Shown here: positions 1-9,257 of the stretch, piece after piece
Position numbering within the stretch: position 1 is the first letter of the stretch
Layout: each line of letters starts with the position of its first letter
Assembly (NCBI GenBank): GCA_015059425.1
Contig: SVAM01000001.1
Location: 28,027-92,026, forward strand
From: Bacillota bacterium
GTDB lineage: Bacteria > Bacillota_I > Bacilli_A > RF39 > UBA660
Direction: 5' to 3'
Length of the DNA: 64,000 nucleotides
The notes under the pieces: generated by a model
The model's database searches: none
What the model saw: only the letters and a program-made list of their open reading frames with translations
What the model was told of the DNA's origin: nothing
Position numbers and translations under genes: made by a program

Positions 1-1701
1 AAATTGATTTGGTGTATGTTCTGTCCTCTTGTGCTCAATAGTATCACACTTTTGGTTCTCCATATATAATATTTCATTTTCAAGAGGTCCACCTATATGT
101 TTTGCTCCTTTAGTATGCGATCTTTCTGTACCAAATAAATTCAAGAATATATCTAGTTTTACATTATATCTATCGCCATCCACTTTGGATACAATAATTT
201 CATCTACAAACTTTCTGATAAATTCTTCTATAGAGCCACCATCAATCTCCTCTTGAATAGATTTTGACATCTTATCTATATTGTCATTACTTTGTTTTAG
301 TATTTCAATCTGCTTCAATACTTCTTCTTTGCGGTTCTTAAGTCTTTGAAGATTTTCTTCGAAACTATCAAATTGACTTTTTAAAGCATCTCTTGTCAGT
401 TCTCCATTAAATACCATATCAAATGCAAGTGCTTTCTTGTCTTCAATGACTTTAATATCCTTATCTATCGCTGCTAAATCTTTATCATACTGATTAGTCT
501 TATCAATGTTGTTATACAATTCTAGCATATTCTCTACTATTGATGATTTGTTTGGAATTATGTTATTCATTATTTGCTTCAATATATTATAAAGATCTAT
601 CTCTGCAATAATAGGAGACTCACAAGCTTCAATACGATATTGTAAATACATGCCACAACTCCATGTAGGTCTATTCTTTCTTCTACTACCATGCGATCTT
701 TGAAAATTAGCATTACAATCCTTACAATAAATCTTAGAACTAAAAGGATATTTCAAACCGCCTGACCAATAGTTATTATTCTGATAACTCTTTGTCCTAG
801 TTGTTAATATTTCATTTGCCTTATCCCAAAGTTCTTCTGATACAATAGCTGGTATAATTTCTTCTTCAGTTTTGTAAATCTTTTGCTCTTCAATTGGAAG
901 TTTCTTTCTTCTTTTGGTTCTATAGTCCATTATTTCATGTTCATGACTTCTATAAAAACCTTTATATTTTGGATTCATTATCATACGCTTAAGACTATCT
1001 TTATCATACATTCTACCTTTCTTATTTAAATAACCCATTGCAGATAGTTTTTTTGATAATTTATGAAATCCATATTCTCCTGTAGCGTATAGTTCAAACA
1101 GCGTTCTAATGAATTTTGCTTCTTCTTCAACAATTACTAGCTTACATTTATCCTTCTTATAACCAGTAATATTACTAGACCCAAGAACATGACCTTTTTC
1201 CATAGCTTGCTTATGACCGAACTTAACCCTTGAAGAAAGCTTCTTAGATTCTTCTTGCGCTACACTAAATAAAGTATTTAAAATCATTTCAGAATTTGGA
1301 TCAAAAGTATTTAATGCTTGATTTTCAAAAAACAAACCCACACCATGTTCCTTAAGTTCTCTAATTGTATGAATACTATCTTCAAGGTCACGAGCAAACC
1401 TAGAAACTTCTTTTGTCACAATTAAATCAAACTTATTTAATTTAGCATCGCGTATCATACGCTTAAAGTCATCACGTTTGGTAATAACAACACCTGTAAT
1501 TCCTTCATCATAGTATCCTTCAACAAATGTCCAGTTTGAATTTGACTTAATATAATTTCTATAATAGTCTAATTGATTTTCTAATGAATTAATTTGAACA
1601 TCACTATCAGTTGATACTCTACAATAATAAGTAACTCGAAGAGGAAGATTACGAAGGTTTTCCCCACGAATTACTGCAGATACTATTTCATCATAGGACA
1701 T
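1..1701 (-). CDS. Large serine recombinase (integrase). Partial: the 3' end runs off the left window edge and at least 566 aa are visible.
   Basis: Minus-strand ATG at 1701 with an AGGAGG RBS. The N-terminus MSYDEIV...RVTYYCRVSTDSDVQ carries the resolvase-type catalytic Ser motif. A long recombinase domain follows, with a Cys-rich zinc ribbon (CKDCNANF...WSCG) and a C-terminal coiled coil. The ORF is absent from the ORF track because it has no stop inside the window. Confidence 0.8.
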   Translation of the reverse strand, partial: MSYDEIVSAVIRGENLRNLPLRVTYYCRVSTDSDVQINSLENQLDYYRNYIKSNSNWTFVEGYYDEGITGVVITKRDDFKRMIRDAKLNKFDLIVTKEVSRFARDLEDSIHTIRELKEHGVGLFFENQALNTFDPNSEMILNTLFSVAQEESKKLSSRVKFGHKQAMEKGHVLGSSNITGYKKDKCKLVIVEEEAKFIRTLFELYATGEYGFHKLSKKLSAMGYLNKKGRMYDKDSLKRMIMNPKYKGFYRSHEHEIMDYRTKRRKKLPIEEQKIYKTEEEIIPAIVSEELWDKANEILTTRTKSYQNNNYWSGGLKYPFSSKIYCKDCNANFQRSHGSRRKNRPTWSCGMYLQYRIEACESPIIAEIDLYNILKQIMNNIIPNKSSIVENMLELYNNIDKTNQYDKDLAAIDKDIKVIEDKKALAFDMVFNGELTRDALKSQFDSFEENLQRLKNRKEEVLKQIEILKQSNDNIDKMSKSIQEEIDGGSIEEFIRKFVDEIIVSKVDGDRYNVKLDIFLNLFGTERSHTKGAKHIGGPLENEILYMENQKCDTIEHKRTEHTPNQF

Positions 1702-1735
1702 AATCTTCCTCCTTTGCTACTTTAGTTTACATATA

Positions 1736-1879
1736 TTATGCTGCCCTTAATGCTTTAAGCATCTTAAGTAACTTTTCATTTGCCTTCGAAAAAGTATTCT
1801 CATCAATAATATTTCTTTTATAAAGGTTTGTATTAATAATAATTTGAATTTGTACTTCTGCTATCTTATTCATATCCAT
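1736..1879 (-). CDS. Small 47-aa ORF immediately upstream of the large serine recombinase. It could be a regulator or a directionality-factor candidate.
   Basis: The ORF begins ATG and translates as MDMNKIAEVQIQ...KMLKALRAA, with a weak GAGAAG RBS. Its stop lies just 5' of the recombinase RBS. Confidence 0.25.
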   Translation of the reverse strand: MDMNKIAEVQIQIIINTNLYKRNIIDENTFSKANEKLLKMLKALRAA

Positions 1880-2139
1880 AATAATCTTCTCACTTTCATA
1901 AACTACTTAAGTCTATGTGTGAAATAAATGAATAATTCATAAACAGCTTTAACATTAAATCACTTAAATACATCACTTTGTCAATAGACTTAAATACATT
2001 AAATAGTGAAATGGGTAAGTGAGACGTTCATATAAAGCCAAAAAAGGAGGTAAGCTAAATACAAAAGTAATGTAGCATGTTAACCACTTACCCAATATTC
2101 ACAGCGAGAGTACCAACCAAAACATATATAAGCACTAAT

Positions 2140-2348
2140 ACTATGGGCACTGCACCACTCGCTAGTATGTTATAAGAAATTGTTTGGACATTTTTCACTT
2201 TAATCGCAAAAAAGTAGAAAAAAGTGTTAAAAACTTATAAAAACAGCGAATTATCAAGCATTAATACATAAATATTCTCACTAAAAGACATACGTACATC
2301 CTTACTAGAAAATAGTGTGAAAATTCTCCCTAGTCTTACTTGGGAAGC
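2140..2348. repeat. Copy A of a bipartite non-coding module, 3' of resolvase remnant genes.
   Basis: A ~75-bp block (gcacca..gttataagaaattgtttggacatttttcactttaatcgcaaaaaagtagaaaaaa) is followed about 130 bp later by an imperfect palindrome, tccctagtCTtacttggga, at 2327-2345. Confidence 0.6.
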
Positions 2349-2399
2349 AAATTGACCCCCAAAAAAAGAAGCTACTAATTAAGTAACTTCTACTTCAAT

Positions 2400-2780
2400 T
2401 TACATCCACCCTTGCTCAAATCCAACTAATTCAGGATACTTATCAAAGTTGATGAAGAAATTCATTTTGTCCTTTAGTAAAAATATCGTATAAAACATAT
2501 TAACCTTTCGATTACAGATATATAGTTCAGTTTCATATCTACATAAAGTTTCTAAAATATTAATAACCTCTTGTATGCGAAATCCTAAGTCATTAAGTCG
2601 AAGAATATATAATTTACTATATTTAACTTTACTTAATACTTCTTTCAAATTACCATCTTTAGTACCATAATCGTAAAATATCTTTCTTTCACTGATATCA
2701 TAACTTCTAAGTGTGCTTATTGCATCATCACCAGCAATACCATTCTTAACAATTCTAAAGTATCCATAGCCATAATTCAT
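2400..2780 (-). pseudogene. Remnant of a small serine recombinase N-terminal catalytic domain. The catalytic Ser is replaced (GYFRIVKNG vs GYCRCSTNE) and the E-helix and HTH are missing.
   Basis: Residues ~1-95 align with the intact resolvase at 3414-4016 (KIFYDYGTKDG...LYILRLNDLGFRIQEVINILETLCRYETEL). The sequence then diverges. Confidence 0.5.
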
Positions 2781-2781
2781 T

Positions 2782-3036
2782 CTATATCAAATCCTTTCTT
2801 ACAATTAAATCCGGCTTTCTAGGACGACCTAACTTCTTACCATTTCTAACAGCAAGAGCTAATCCTATCTTTATCCTTTGTGATTTACTTTTTGATTCTA
2901 CTTCTCTAAGTTTAGCATTAAAGTTTTGTCTACACTTGGTTTCATAAGCAAAACCACCATTTCTAAAATCAGTATCAGCATTATCAATTACCTCTAATTT
3001 TTCTAACATATTCTTAATATTAATTTCTTTGAACAT
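2782..3036 (-). pseudogene. Fragment of a small serine recombinase. It covers only the E-helix and arm region and ends GKKLGRPRK, with no catalytic domain and no HTH.
   Basis: FRNGGFAYETKCRQNFNAKLREVESKSKSQRIKIGLALAVRNGKKLGRPRK aligns to residues ~100-150 of the resolvase at 3414-4016. The fragment sits upstream of the N-terminal remnant, so the order is scrambled. Confidence 0.5.
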
Positions 3037-3177
3037 ATCACTTCATCTCCTTCACAAATTATTCAAAGTTAAACTAAGCATCAATATACCACCCACATAA
3101 TATTCTTATACATGACTACTAACAACTTATAAAATCACATCCTTACTATCAACAAATGCAGACAGACACAATACAAA

Positions 3178-3361
3178 CAACGTTGCACCAACTGCTATTA
3201 CGTTATAAGAAATTGTTTGGACATTTTTCACTTTAATCGCAAAAAAGTAAAAAAAAAAACTTGTAAAACCGATGATTCTACAAGTAATTATTTGTAAAAA
3301 ACTAGTGATTTTCAATATTCAGAAAACTCTAAAAATTCGTCCCTAGTCCTACTTGGGAAGA
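3178..3361. repeat. Copy B of the bipartite non-coding module, 3' of the intact resolvase gene.
   Basis: It carries the same ~75-bp block (3178-3250) and the palindrome tccctagtCCtacttggga at 3340-3358. Confidence 0.6.
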
Positions 3362-3413
3362 AAAAAGAGCCCATTCAAAAGCTCTCCTCGCATGCTTAGA
3401 CAGTGAAATGCTA

Positions 3414-4016
3414 CTAAGCATTTTCTACTATATCTAGATACTTATAAATAGTTGGATACGATAATTGAGTAACTCTAGCAAAAGCCATTTTGTTTAGAGT
3501 TCCATTCTTATACTTAGGATAATACTGCATAAACACCTTTGGAATATCATCATAAGTTGACTTAGGACGTCCTAACTTCTTACCAGCCTTAACAGCTGTA
3601 GCTAATCCTAAATGGATTTGATGTATTTTCAGCTTTGCTTCCATCTCCCCAAAAACCGCGTTAATTTTTAGCATACCTTCAATCATAGGATCTAAACTAC
3701 CATTCCTACAATCTATATCAATACTTCCAACAATAAGCCTAAATTTCTTTGCAATAATCAAATCAATTATTTCACACAAAACCTTTGTATTCCTACACAA
3801 ACGAGTAATATCAGTAACTATTAAAGTATCACCCTCATTCATTTCTTCTAACAGTGCATCAAGTCCAGGTCTATGTTCCTTCCTACCAGAAATATACTCA
3901 TACCTTATATTAGATATATCTACACCTTTATCAATTAATGCATCAATCTGATACTTGACATCTTGTTTTGACTCGTTGGTGGAACAGCGGCAGTAACCCC
4001 ATACTTTGCTTTCCAT
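3414..4016 (-). CDS. Small serine recombinase of the resolvase/invertase family (catalytic domain plus C-terminal HTH).
   Basis: The N-terminus GYCRCSTNESKQDV has the catalytic Ser. The E-helix reads GMLKINAVFGEMEAKLKIHQ and the arm reads GKKLGRPKS. A C-terminal HTH follows. Confidence 0.8.
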   Translation of the reverse strand: MESKVWGYCRCSTNESKQDVKYQIDALIDKGVDISNIRYEYISGRKEHRPGLDALLEEMNEGDTLIVTDITRLCRNTKVLCEIIDLIIAKKFRLIVGSIDIDCRNGSLDPMIEGMLKINAVFGEMEAKLKIHQIHLGLATAVKAGKKLGRPKSTYDDIPKVFMQYYPKYKNGTLNKMAFARVTQLSYPTIYKYLDIVENA

Positions 4017-4250
4017 ATTAAATTACCTCTTTTCTAAAGTGTAAAAGAAAACATCTTTCACATTTCGTTTATATAAATCACTTAAATTCGTGGAAAAAGC
4101 AACGTATTTCGGATAAGTTTCTAATATAAAAGAAATCAAATGATTACGTTTATACTCAATATTCAGCCAAATAAAAAGAATAATAAGCTATAACACCTAT
4201 TATCCAATTCATACAATCACACCAGCTACAATGCAAGTTATACACCTATA

Positions 4251-4688
4251 TCATAAAGTACCAACAGGTATCCAACTAATAATGAAGTTGTTGTCATCAT
4301 CCTCATATTTTAACTTGGTTATACCAGTAGCATCAGCAGTAGTCTCTACTAAACACAACATCATAGGAATATCACTCTTAATCTTATATCCATCATTCGT
4401 GTATTTTATTACTAGAGAGTTAATACCATTCCTATATTGTAACCTATCATAAATATTATCACCAAGCATCTGTTGTAAAAACAACTTGTCAACTTCAATT
4501 GAACCTACACTAAAAAGGAAAGCATGATTAAAGATAGGATCATCTATTACATCAACTACACTTGTTAAATTAATATCTAATTTTTTAAGTTTACTACAGG
4601 GAATAATAAAACTCTCACCATTGTTAAACTTAACATCAATACTCTTTATATCTTTACCATTTATATTATAAAACTTTGACTTGTCCAT
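4251..4688 (-). CDS. Hypothetical protein (145 aa).
   Basis: Single long ORF lying downstream of the peptidase gene on the same strand. Confidence 0.45.
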   Translation of the reverse strand: MDKSKFYNINGKDIKSIDVKFNNGESFIIPCSKLKKLDINLTSVVDVIDDPIFNHAFLFSVGSIEVDKLFLQQMLGDNIYDRLQYRNGINSLVIKYTNDGYKIKSDIPMMLCLVETTADATGITKLKYEDDDNNFIISWIPVGTL

Positions 4689-4767
4689 AATGACTCCTTC
4701 AACTACTTAAATATATAAACTATTGCACACAAAAAAAGATAGCAATGCTATCTCTATATTATAATAA

Positions 4768-6105
4768 TTATTCACTTATTAATTCAATTGCATTTCCACC
4801 TGTATTGGCACTTCCAGGTAAAAAGTTTTCATCCGTATACTTAATCCAGACAGTACCATCACCATTAGAATCAGGAAAATATTTAACACGTGCCCATGTA
4901 TTTCCCCATGAATTTAACACAAGCCAAGATTCTTTGGAATCATCCCATCCAATAATTAACATTCTATGTCCAGGTTGAATATCATCACGCATCTTAATAA
5001 ATGCTGAACCATATTTCTTAACAAGCTCTTTAGTATACAAATTTAGTAATTCTTTTTCATATTCTTCAGCGTTAGGTATATCGTCAAATATATTATATTC
5101 ACTTTTATCAGCATGCACTAAACTCAATATTTTAGAGTACTTATCAAGCAGATTAGTTAATCCATAAGAACGTTGCATAGCTATGGTTTCATAATCTTCA
5201 CCCTTTTCAGATTCATATGATAAATAATAATATTTTTTCTTACCAGGAATTAAATGATCAGAACCAAGAAGTATAGTATTATCTTCTTCATTAATAATTC
5301 CATCAATATTAGCATCTAATCCATTAATCTTCTTCTCAAAATCTATCAAAAATTGATAATCTAGACCTTTCAGCTGTGCAGATATTTCTAATGCCTTAGT
5401 ACTTGACCATATCTCACAAGTATCAGAACTTCCTTGATCTCCAGCTATAACTTTTACTTTATCTCTAATATCAAATTTAGACTCTATATCTTGTTTCTTC
5501 GTTTCAAATGGTTCAATAGCCGCTTCTATCTTTTTCTCTAAACAAACCTTTTCATCTAACATTAAACTTGTTACTGCATTTTGATGTATATCTTCCTCTT
5601 CGTATTTACCTATACAGGTATAATCATATTCTTCACCAAGAATATCATGTCTATATTTATCACTATCAATACATTTATAACCATCATCGTTACGAACAGC
5701 ATAATTACCACCATCACAAGTAATTGGTTCTTCACTTCCACAATAATAGAGATCACCATCAGAACCACAAATTGAAATATTCAATTGCTCAAGGCGTTTA
5801 GACTCATATGAAAATATAGAAACTCCTGAGATAGTAATTACAACAATCGAAGCAAGTATAAATATCTTCATGTAGCTTCTAGTTGTATAATTCTTTTTAA
5901 ATATTAATACAGAACCTACAATACCAATAACGAACAGGATCATCATAAAATTAGTATCCTGTGAAACAAAACCATTTTCATCAAAATAATCAATTATTAA
6001 TAATAATCCTCCAAGAGCTATAGCAAGCAAAAAACTTTGACACAATGATTTTCGTAGTGGATGTTTCTTCTTACTTTCAATCTTATTTTTCTTCACAACA
6101 TACAA
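4768..6105 (-). CDS. Membrane-anchored papain-like (C1-type) cysteine peptidase with a Cys-rich extracytoplasmic region.
   Basis: Two N-terminal TM helices are followed by a Cys-rich stretch. The C-terminus shows Cys...His...Asn signatures: QGSSDTCEIWSS, HRMLIIGWDD and LNSWGNTWA. Confidence 0.55.
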   Translation of the reverse strand: MYVVKKNKIESKKKHPLRKSLCQSFLLAIALGGLLLIIDYFDENGFVSQDTNFMMILFVIGIVGSVLIFKKNYTTRSYMKIFILASIVVITISGVSIFSYESKRLEQLNISICGSDGDLYYCGSEEPITCDGGNYAVRNDDGYKCIDSDKYRHDILGEEYDYTCIGKYEEEDIHQNAVTSLMLDEKVCLEKKIEAAIEPFETKKQDIESKFDIRDKVKVIAGDQGSSDTCEIWSSTKALEISAQLKGLDYQFLIDFEKKINGLDANIDGIINEEDNTILLGSDHLIPGKKKYYYLSYESEKGEDYETIAMQRSYGLTNLLDKYSKILSLVHADKSEYNIFDDIPNAEEYEKELLNLYTKELVKKYGSAFIKMRDDIQPGHRMLIIGWDDSKESWLVLNSWGNTWARVKYFPDSNGDGTVWIKYTDENFLPGSANTGGNAIELISE

Positions 6106-6115
6106 CTCCTTAAAT

Positions 6116-6400
6116 TTAACAACCCCAAACTAACTTTTCAACAAACATTGGGATAAACTTCTCAATAAATAAAACAGCAAGTATAATTTCAGCAACAAGT
6201 AACAAAATAATAATGTTATATCCAAAACCAGCAGATGTAACAGTTAACGCAAGATCAAACGGAATTTGTGTTGCCTCACATATGGAATCAGCTATCATCT
6301 TGTTATTATGAATAAACAATGCACTAACACAAGCAAGAAACAATGACTCCATAACAATTAAGAACTTACTATCTTCAAACCTTCCAGTAAACATAAACAC
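6116..6400 (-). CDS. Small integral membrane protein (94 aa).
   Basis: Hydrophobic ORF lying 10 nt upstream of the peptidase gene in the same operon. Confidence 0.4.
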   Translation of the reverse strand: MFMFTGRFEDSKFLIVMESLFLACVSALFIHNNKMIADSICEATQIPFDLALTVTSAGFGYNIIILLLVAEIILAVLFIEKFIPMFVEKLVWGC

Positions 6401-6517
6401 TCAACTCCTTCCTGACAACTTCTAACATATCTATTATACCACAAAGGTAACATTTGAAGATACCTACATTTAAAAACATTCATGAGAAAATAATATTATC
6501 TAAGGTGGAGGTGTGTT

Positions 6518-6823
6518 ATGGGAAGAAACAATCATTCTTATACAGAAGAACAATTGATTGAATATAGTGAAATTAAAAAGAACATATGCCAAAACATGCG
6601 CATCGCTAGAAAGCTTGCTCAAATGAAAGTAAAAGATGCAGCACCTGCACTTGGCATAGAGCCAGAATCACTAAAAAGGATTGAAGCTCCTAGTTCAAAA
6701 GTAGGTCCATCTTTAGAAGTACTGTGTGGTGCAATAGAATTATATGAAAAAGATCCTAATTTTTACTGGCTAGACTGGGAAGAGAATGAAAAACTATTAG
6801 ATACAGAAAAGGAAGAGAATTAA
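6518..6823 (+). CDS. XRE-family helix-turn-helix transcriptional regulator.
   Basis: HTH segment ICQNMRIARKLAQMKVKDAAPALGIEPESLKRIE. The gene is divergent from the peptidase operon and has GGAGG as its RBS. Confidence 0.6.
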   Translation: MGRNNHSYTEEQLIEYSEIKKNICQNMRIARKLAQMKVKDAAPALGIEPESLKRIEAPSSKVGPSLEVLCGAIELYEKDPNFYWLDWEENEKLLDTEKEEN

Positions 6824-7047
6824 CTCTTCCTTTTAAAGTGTGCTATAAAGTTTGTACGTGAATCATCAGTTGGAGTTAACGATTCAAAAAAGTAATCAGT
6901 ACAATTAACCAGATAATATATTATTTCAAACTCTCTAGCATTGTCTTCTTGACTCTTAAATGTTATCTCAATAACATCAGGTAGTTCCTTAGATAAAGTT
7001 TCCTTTACCTCTTCGAATGTAGGAAACTCAAGAATAAGCTTATTCAA
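6820..7047 (-). CDS. Hypothetical small protein (75 aa).
   Basis: ORF only. Confidence 0.3.
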   Translation of the reverse strand: MNKLILEFPTFEEVKETLSKELPDVIEITFKSQEDNAREFEIIYYLVNCTDYFFESLTPTDDSRTNFIAHFKRKS

Positions 7048-7108
7048 TTACATCACCATCCGCTTGTATAATAACGTGCTTTTAATAATTATACAACTTA
7101 ATGGTTCA

Positions 7109-7828
7109 CTATACAAAGTACTTAAGGTACTTCTTCTTTGAGTTGTAAGTCTTAAACATCTTGTTGTAATCAGCAATTCTAGATTCAACATATCTTGTCT
7201 TGTAAGCTTCAATATTTCTTTTCCTATTTCTAATAGGATCCTCTGCTTTAGCAAAATAATCTAGTCTTGCACCAATATCATCAAATAGTTCTAAAACATT
7301 ACCTCTACCTCTTTGACAGAAAGCTACATCAGACATAAATTGAACCATCTTACGACTCTCATCTAAATTATACTCCTTAACTTCCTTAATTGGAATATCT
7401 AGAGCTGTCAATTCTTCTTCTATAGAAGGAACAAACTTGGCATTACGAATAAAATTTGAAATGATTAACTTGTAAACTAACTCCTTTAATTTCTCATCAG
7501 ATGAATCCTCAGGTGTATAACTCAAAAGTTCTTTTAGTTCCTGCTCACTATTTCTAACAATCTCAGTGACACACATTTGAAATGGTGGAACATTAAAAAA
7601 GTTATTCTTCATACATCTAAGAAACTTGTTCATATTAGAAATGAATTGTTCAGCAGAAATCATACCGGCAGCAGGTTCAATATCAAAAGAAAAGGTTCTA
7701 TCATCAATTCTCTCCACCTCGTTCATTAAACTCCTAGTTGATAGTAAAGTAAATAAAACATTATCATACAAGCGACTCTCCTGCAGCAGAATGTACCTCA
7801 ACATCTCTGCTTTAGTCTCGGTTTTCAA
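7109..7828 (-). CDS. Hypothetical protein (239 aa).
   Basis: Long ORF with a coherent acidic/basic composition. Confidence 0.45.
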   Translation of the reverse strand: MKTETKAEMLRYILLQESRLYDNVLFTLLSTRSLMNEVERIDDRTFSFDIEPAAGMISAEQFISNMNKFLRCMKNNFFNVPPFQMCVTEIVRNSEQELKELLSYTPEDSSDEKLKELVYKLIISNFIRNAKFVPSIEEELTALDIPIKEVKEYNLDESRKMVQFMSDVAFCQRGRGNVLELFDDIGARLDYFAKAEDPIRNRKRNIEAYKTRYVESRIADYNKMFKTYNSKKKYLKYFV

Positions 7829-8167
7829 AATATCACCATCCTCATACTTTGTTATAACGTAATAATCAGGGTTTGGGAGCTACATTTGTGAAAAAAACAT
7901 AAAATCTATGGTATAATGGAATAGACAGATAAATAGTAATTTGTTAATTTGATTAGAAAAAATTAGATGCAAAAATTGAGAAAAAAAGACAAATTAAAAC
8001 CGGAATTTTAAAATAAAAAATGTTATAATATAAGTGTTATTATATAACTAGAAAACCAATATCAGTATTGCCATTAATGGCAGTTGATGGTAATAAAAAA
8101 ACTATCATTGTTTTCTATATTATAGGTTAATCTATCTGCCTTAGATTGAATCGTAAGGAGGTGCACA

Positions 8168-8416
8168 ATGAAAAGAGTAAAAGCTGGTTGTGTTCTTCAA
8201 ACATTAGTATTTTTGCAAAAAGAAGAATTAAATCTAAGTAAGGAAGAAGCACTTAAATTGAATCGTGAAGAAGTAGAACATTATAAAGAATCTTTAGAAA
8301 GAGCAAAAACTAGATATCAAATTCTTGATGTAAAAGAACAGGAAGATGCTTCTATAATTGTTCATGTAAGAAAACATCTTAATTCAACTACTGATGTTGA
8401 AGAATATTTTAATTAA
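8168..8416 (+). CDS. Hypothetical protein (82 aa).
   Basis: AGGAGG RBS 6 nt upstream. A bidirectional terminator hairpin follows at 8420-8450. Confidence 0.45.
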   Translation: MKRVKAGCVLQTLVFLQKEELNLSKEEALKLNREEVEHYKESLERAKTRYQILDVKEQEDASIIVHVRKHLNSTTDVEEYFN

Positions 8417-8454
8417 AAAAAAGTCACAATTTTGTGGCTTTTTAAAATGCAAAA

Positions 8455-8655
8455 TTATTTAAGATTTTTTCTTTTATTCAAGTCCAATCCTTCTAGTTGT
8501 AATTTTATTGCTATAGAATTGATTTCATCATAACTAAAATTCATTTTCTTAAGAGTTTTTCTATCTAAATTCCATAATTTTTCAATAGAATTTATGTTAT
8601 TCTTTTCAAGTTTTTTAAATATTTTATCATTTAGTTCTAATTTAGCTAATTCCAT
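8455..8655 (-). CDS. Small protein resembling the RNA polymerase alpha C-terminal (helix-hairpin-helix) domain.
   Basis: LELNDKIFKKLEKNNINSIEKLWNLDRKTLKKMNFSYDEINSIAIKLQLEGLDL resembles the alpha-CTD HhH. Its start is 2 nt after the CarD-like stop, so the two are in one operon. Confidence 0.4.
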   Translation of the reverse strand: MELAKLELNDKIFKKLEKNNINSIEKLWNLDRKTLKKMNFSYDEINSIAIKLQLEGLDLNKRKNLK

Positions 8656-8656
8656 A

Positions 8657-9142
8657 TTACTTACTTACTTTTTCTGTAATATATTTTTTGACTTCTTCAA
8701 CTGATTTATTCAATGCAACAGAAAGTTCATTGTATAAATATTTTTCTGCAAGTTTGAAAAAAGTATTATCCTTTTCACTAATTTTTTTCTTATTATTAAT
8801 TCTGTCCTCATTTCTTAGATATGTGGTTTTTATTATTTTTATTAAGTTTTCGTGTCCACCAGCATTGAGTAATTCTTTATACTTCATTTCAATATTTTTA
8901 TCATTAATATTGTCTAATGGCTGAATTTTTGAAATTTTATTGATAAGTTTTTCAGCATCTTCTGAAGATATAACATCTCTTAAAAATCCCATTCTATTTT
9001 CTATAGGAATATCAATTATTAATGTATCATCATCTATTGGAGTCATTACATAATATGTGTTCCCCATCAGCCTATTTTCTTTAACATCTTTAATTTTGCA
9101 TACATCATGTTTGTAAACAACATAGTCATCTTTCTTATACAT
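8657..9142 (-). CDS. CarD/CdnL-family RNA polymerase-binding transcription factor.
   Basis: N-terminal KDDYVVYKHDVCKI...YYV...IPIEN is a Tudor-like RNAP-interaction region. The C-terminal helical region KYKELLNAGG...LRNEDR...ISEKDNTFFKLAEKYLYNELSVAL is also present. Size is 161 aa. Confidence 0.65.
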   Translation of the reverse strand: MYKKDDYVVYKHDVCKIKDVKENRLMGNTYYVMTPIDDDTLIIDIPIENRMGFLRDVISSEDAEKLINKISKIQPLDNINDKNIEMKYKELLNAGGHENLIKIIKTTYLRNEDRINNKKKISEKDNTFFKLAEKYLYNELSVALNKSVEEVKKYITEKVSK

Positions 9143-9257
9143 AAAATGTTCCTCCTTTTCTTTGTGTGTTACAATATAATTTTATCAAAATTTTAAATTT
9201 TTCGTAAGTTTTTAAAATCTAATAAATTGAAAAAATGTACACAAAATGAAGTTTTTA

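Noticed and set aside
29-256. 75-aa plus-strand ORF
   Set aside because: It lies entirely antisense within the large serine recombinase coding region and has a low-complexity translation. It is spurious.
2327-2345. The 19-bp imperfect palindrome, considered as a definitive hix/res crossover site
   Set aside because: The arms are symmetric about an odd 3-nt centre, and the central bases differ among the three copies (ctt/cct/gtt). This is atypical for the 2-bp crossover of serine recombinases, so I report it only as a candidate binding or recombination site.
3127-3315. 62-aa minus-strand ORF
   Set aside because: It lies within the conserved non-coding module copy B (repeat sequence) and has a hydrophobic low-complexity translation, so it is unlikely to be coding.
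5581-5775. 64-aa plus-strand ORF inside the cysteine peptidase gene
   Set aside because: It is antisense, and its Ile/Thr-rich translation comes from the AT-rich complement. It is spurious.
7048-7254. 68-aa minus-strand ORF overlapping the 3' end of the 239-aa gene
   Set aside because: It is in an alternate frame of the same strand and overlaps a better-supported ORF. It is probably not expressed.
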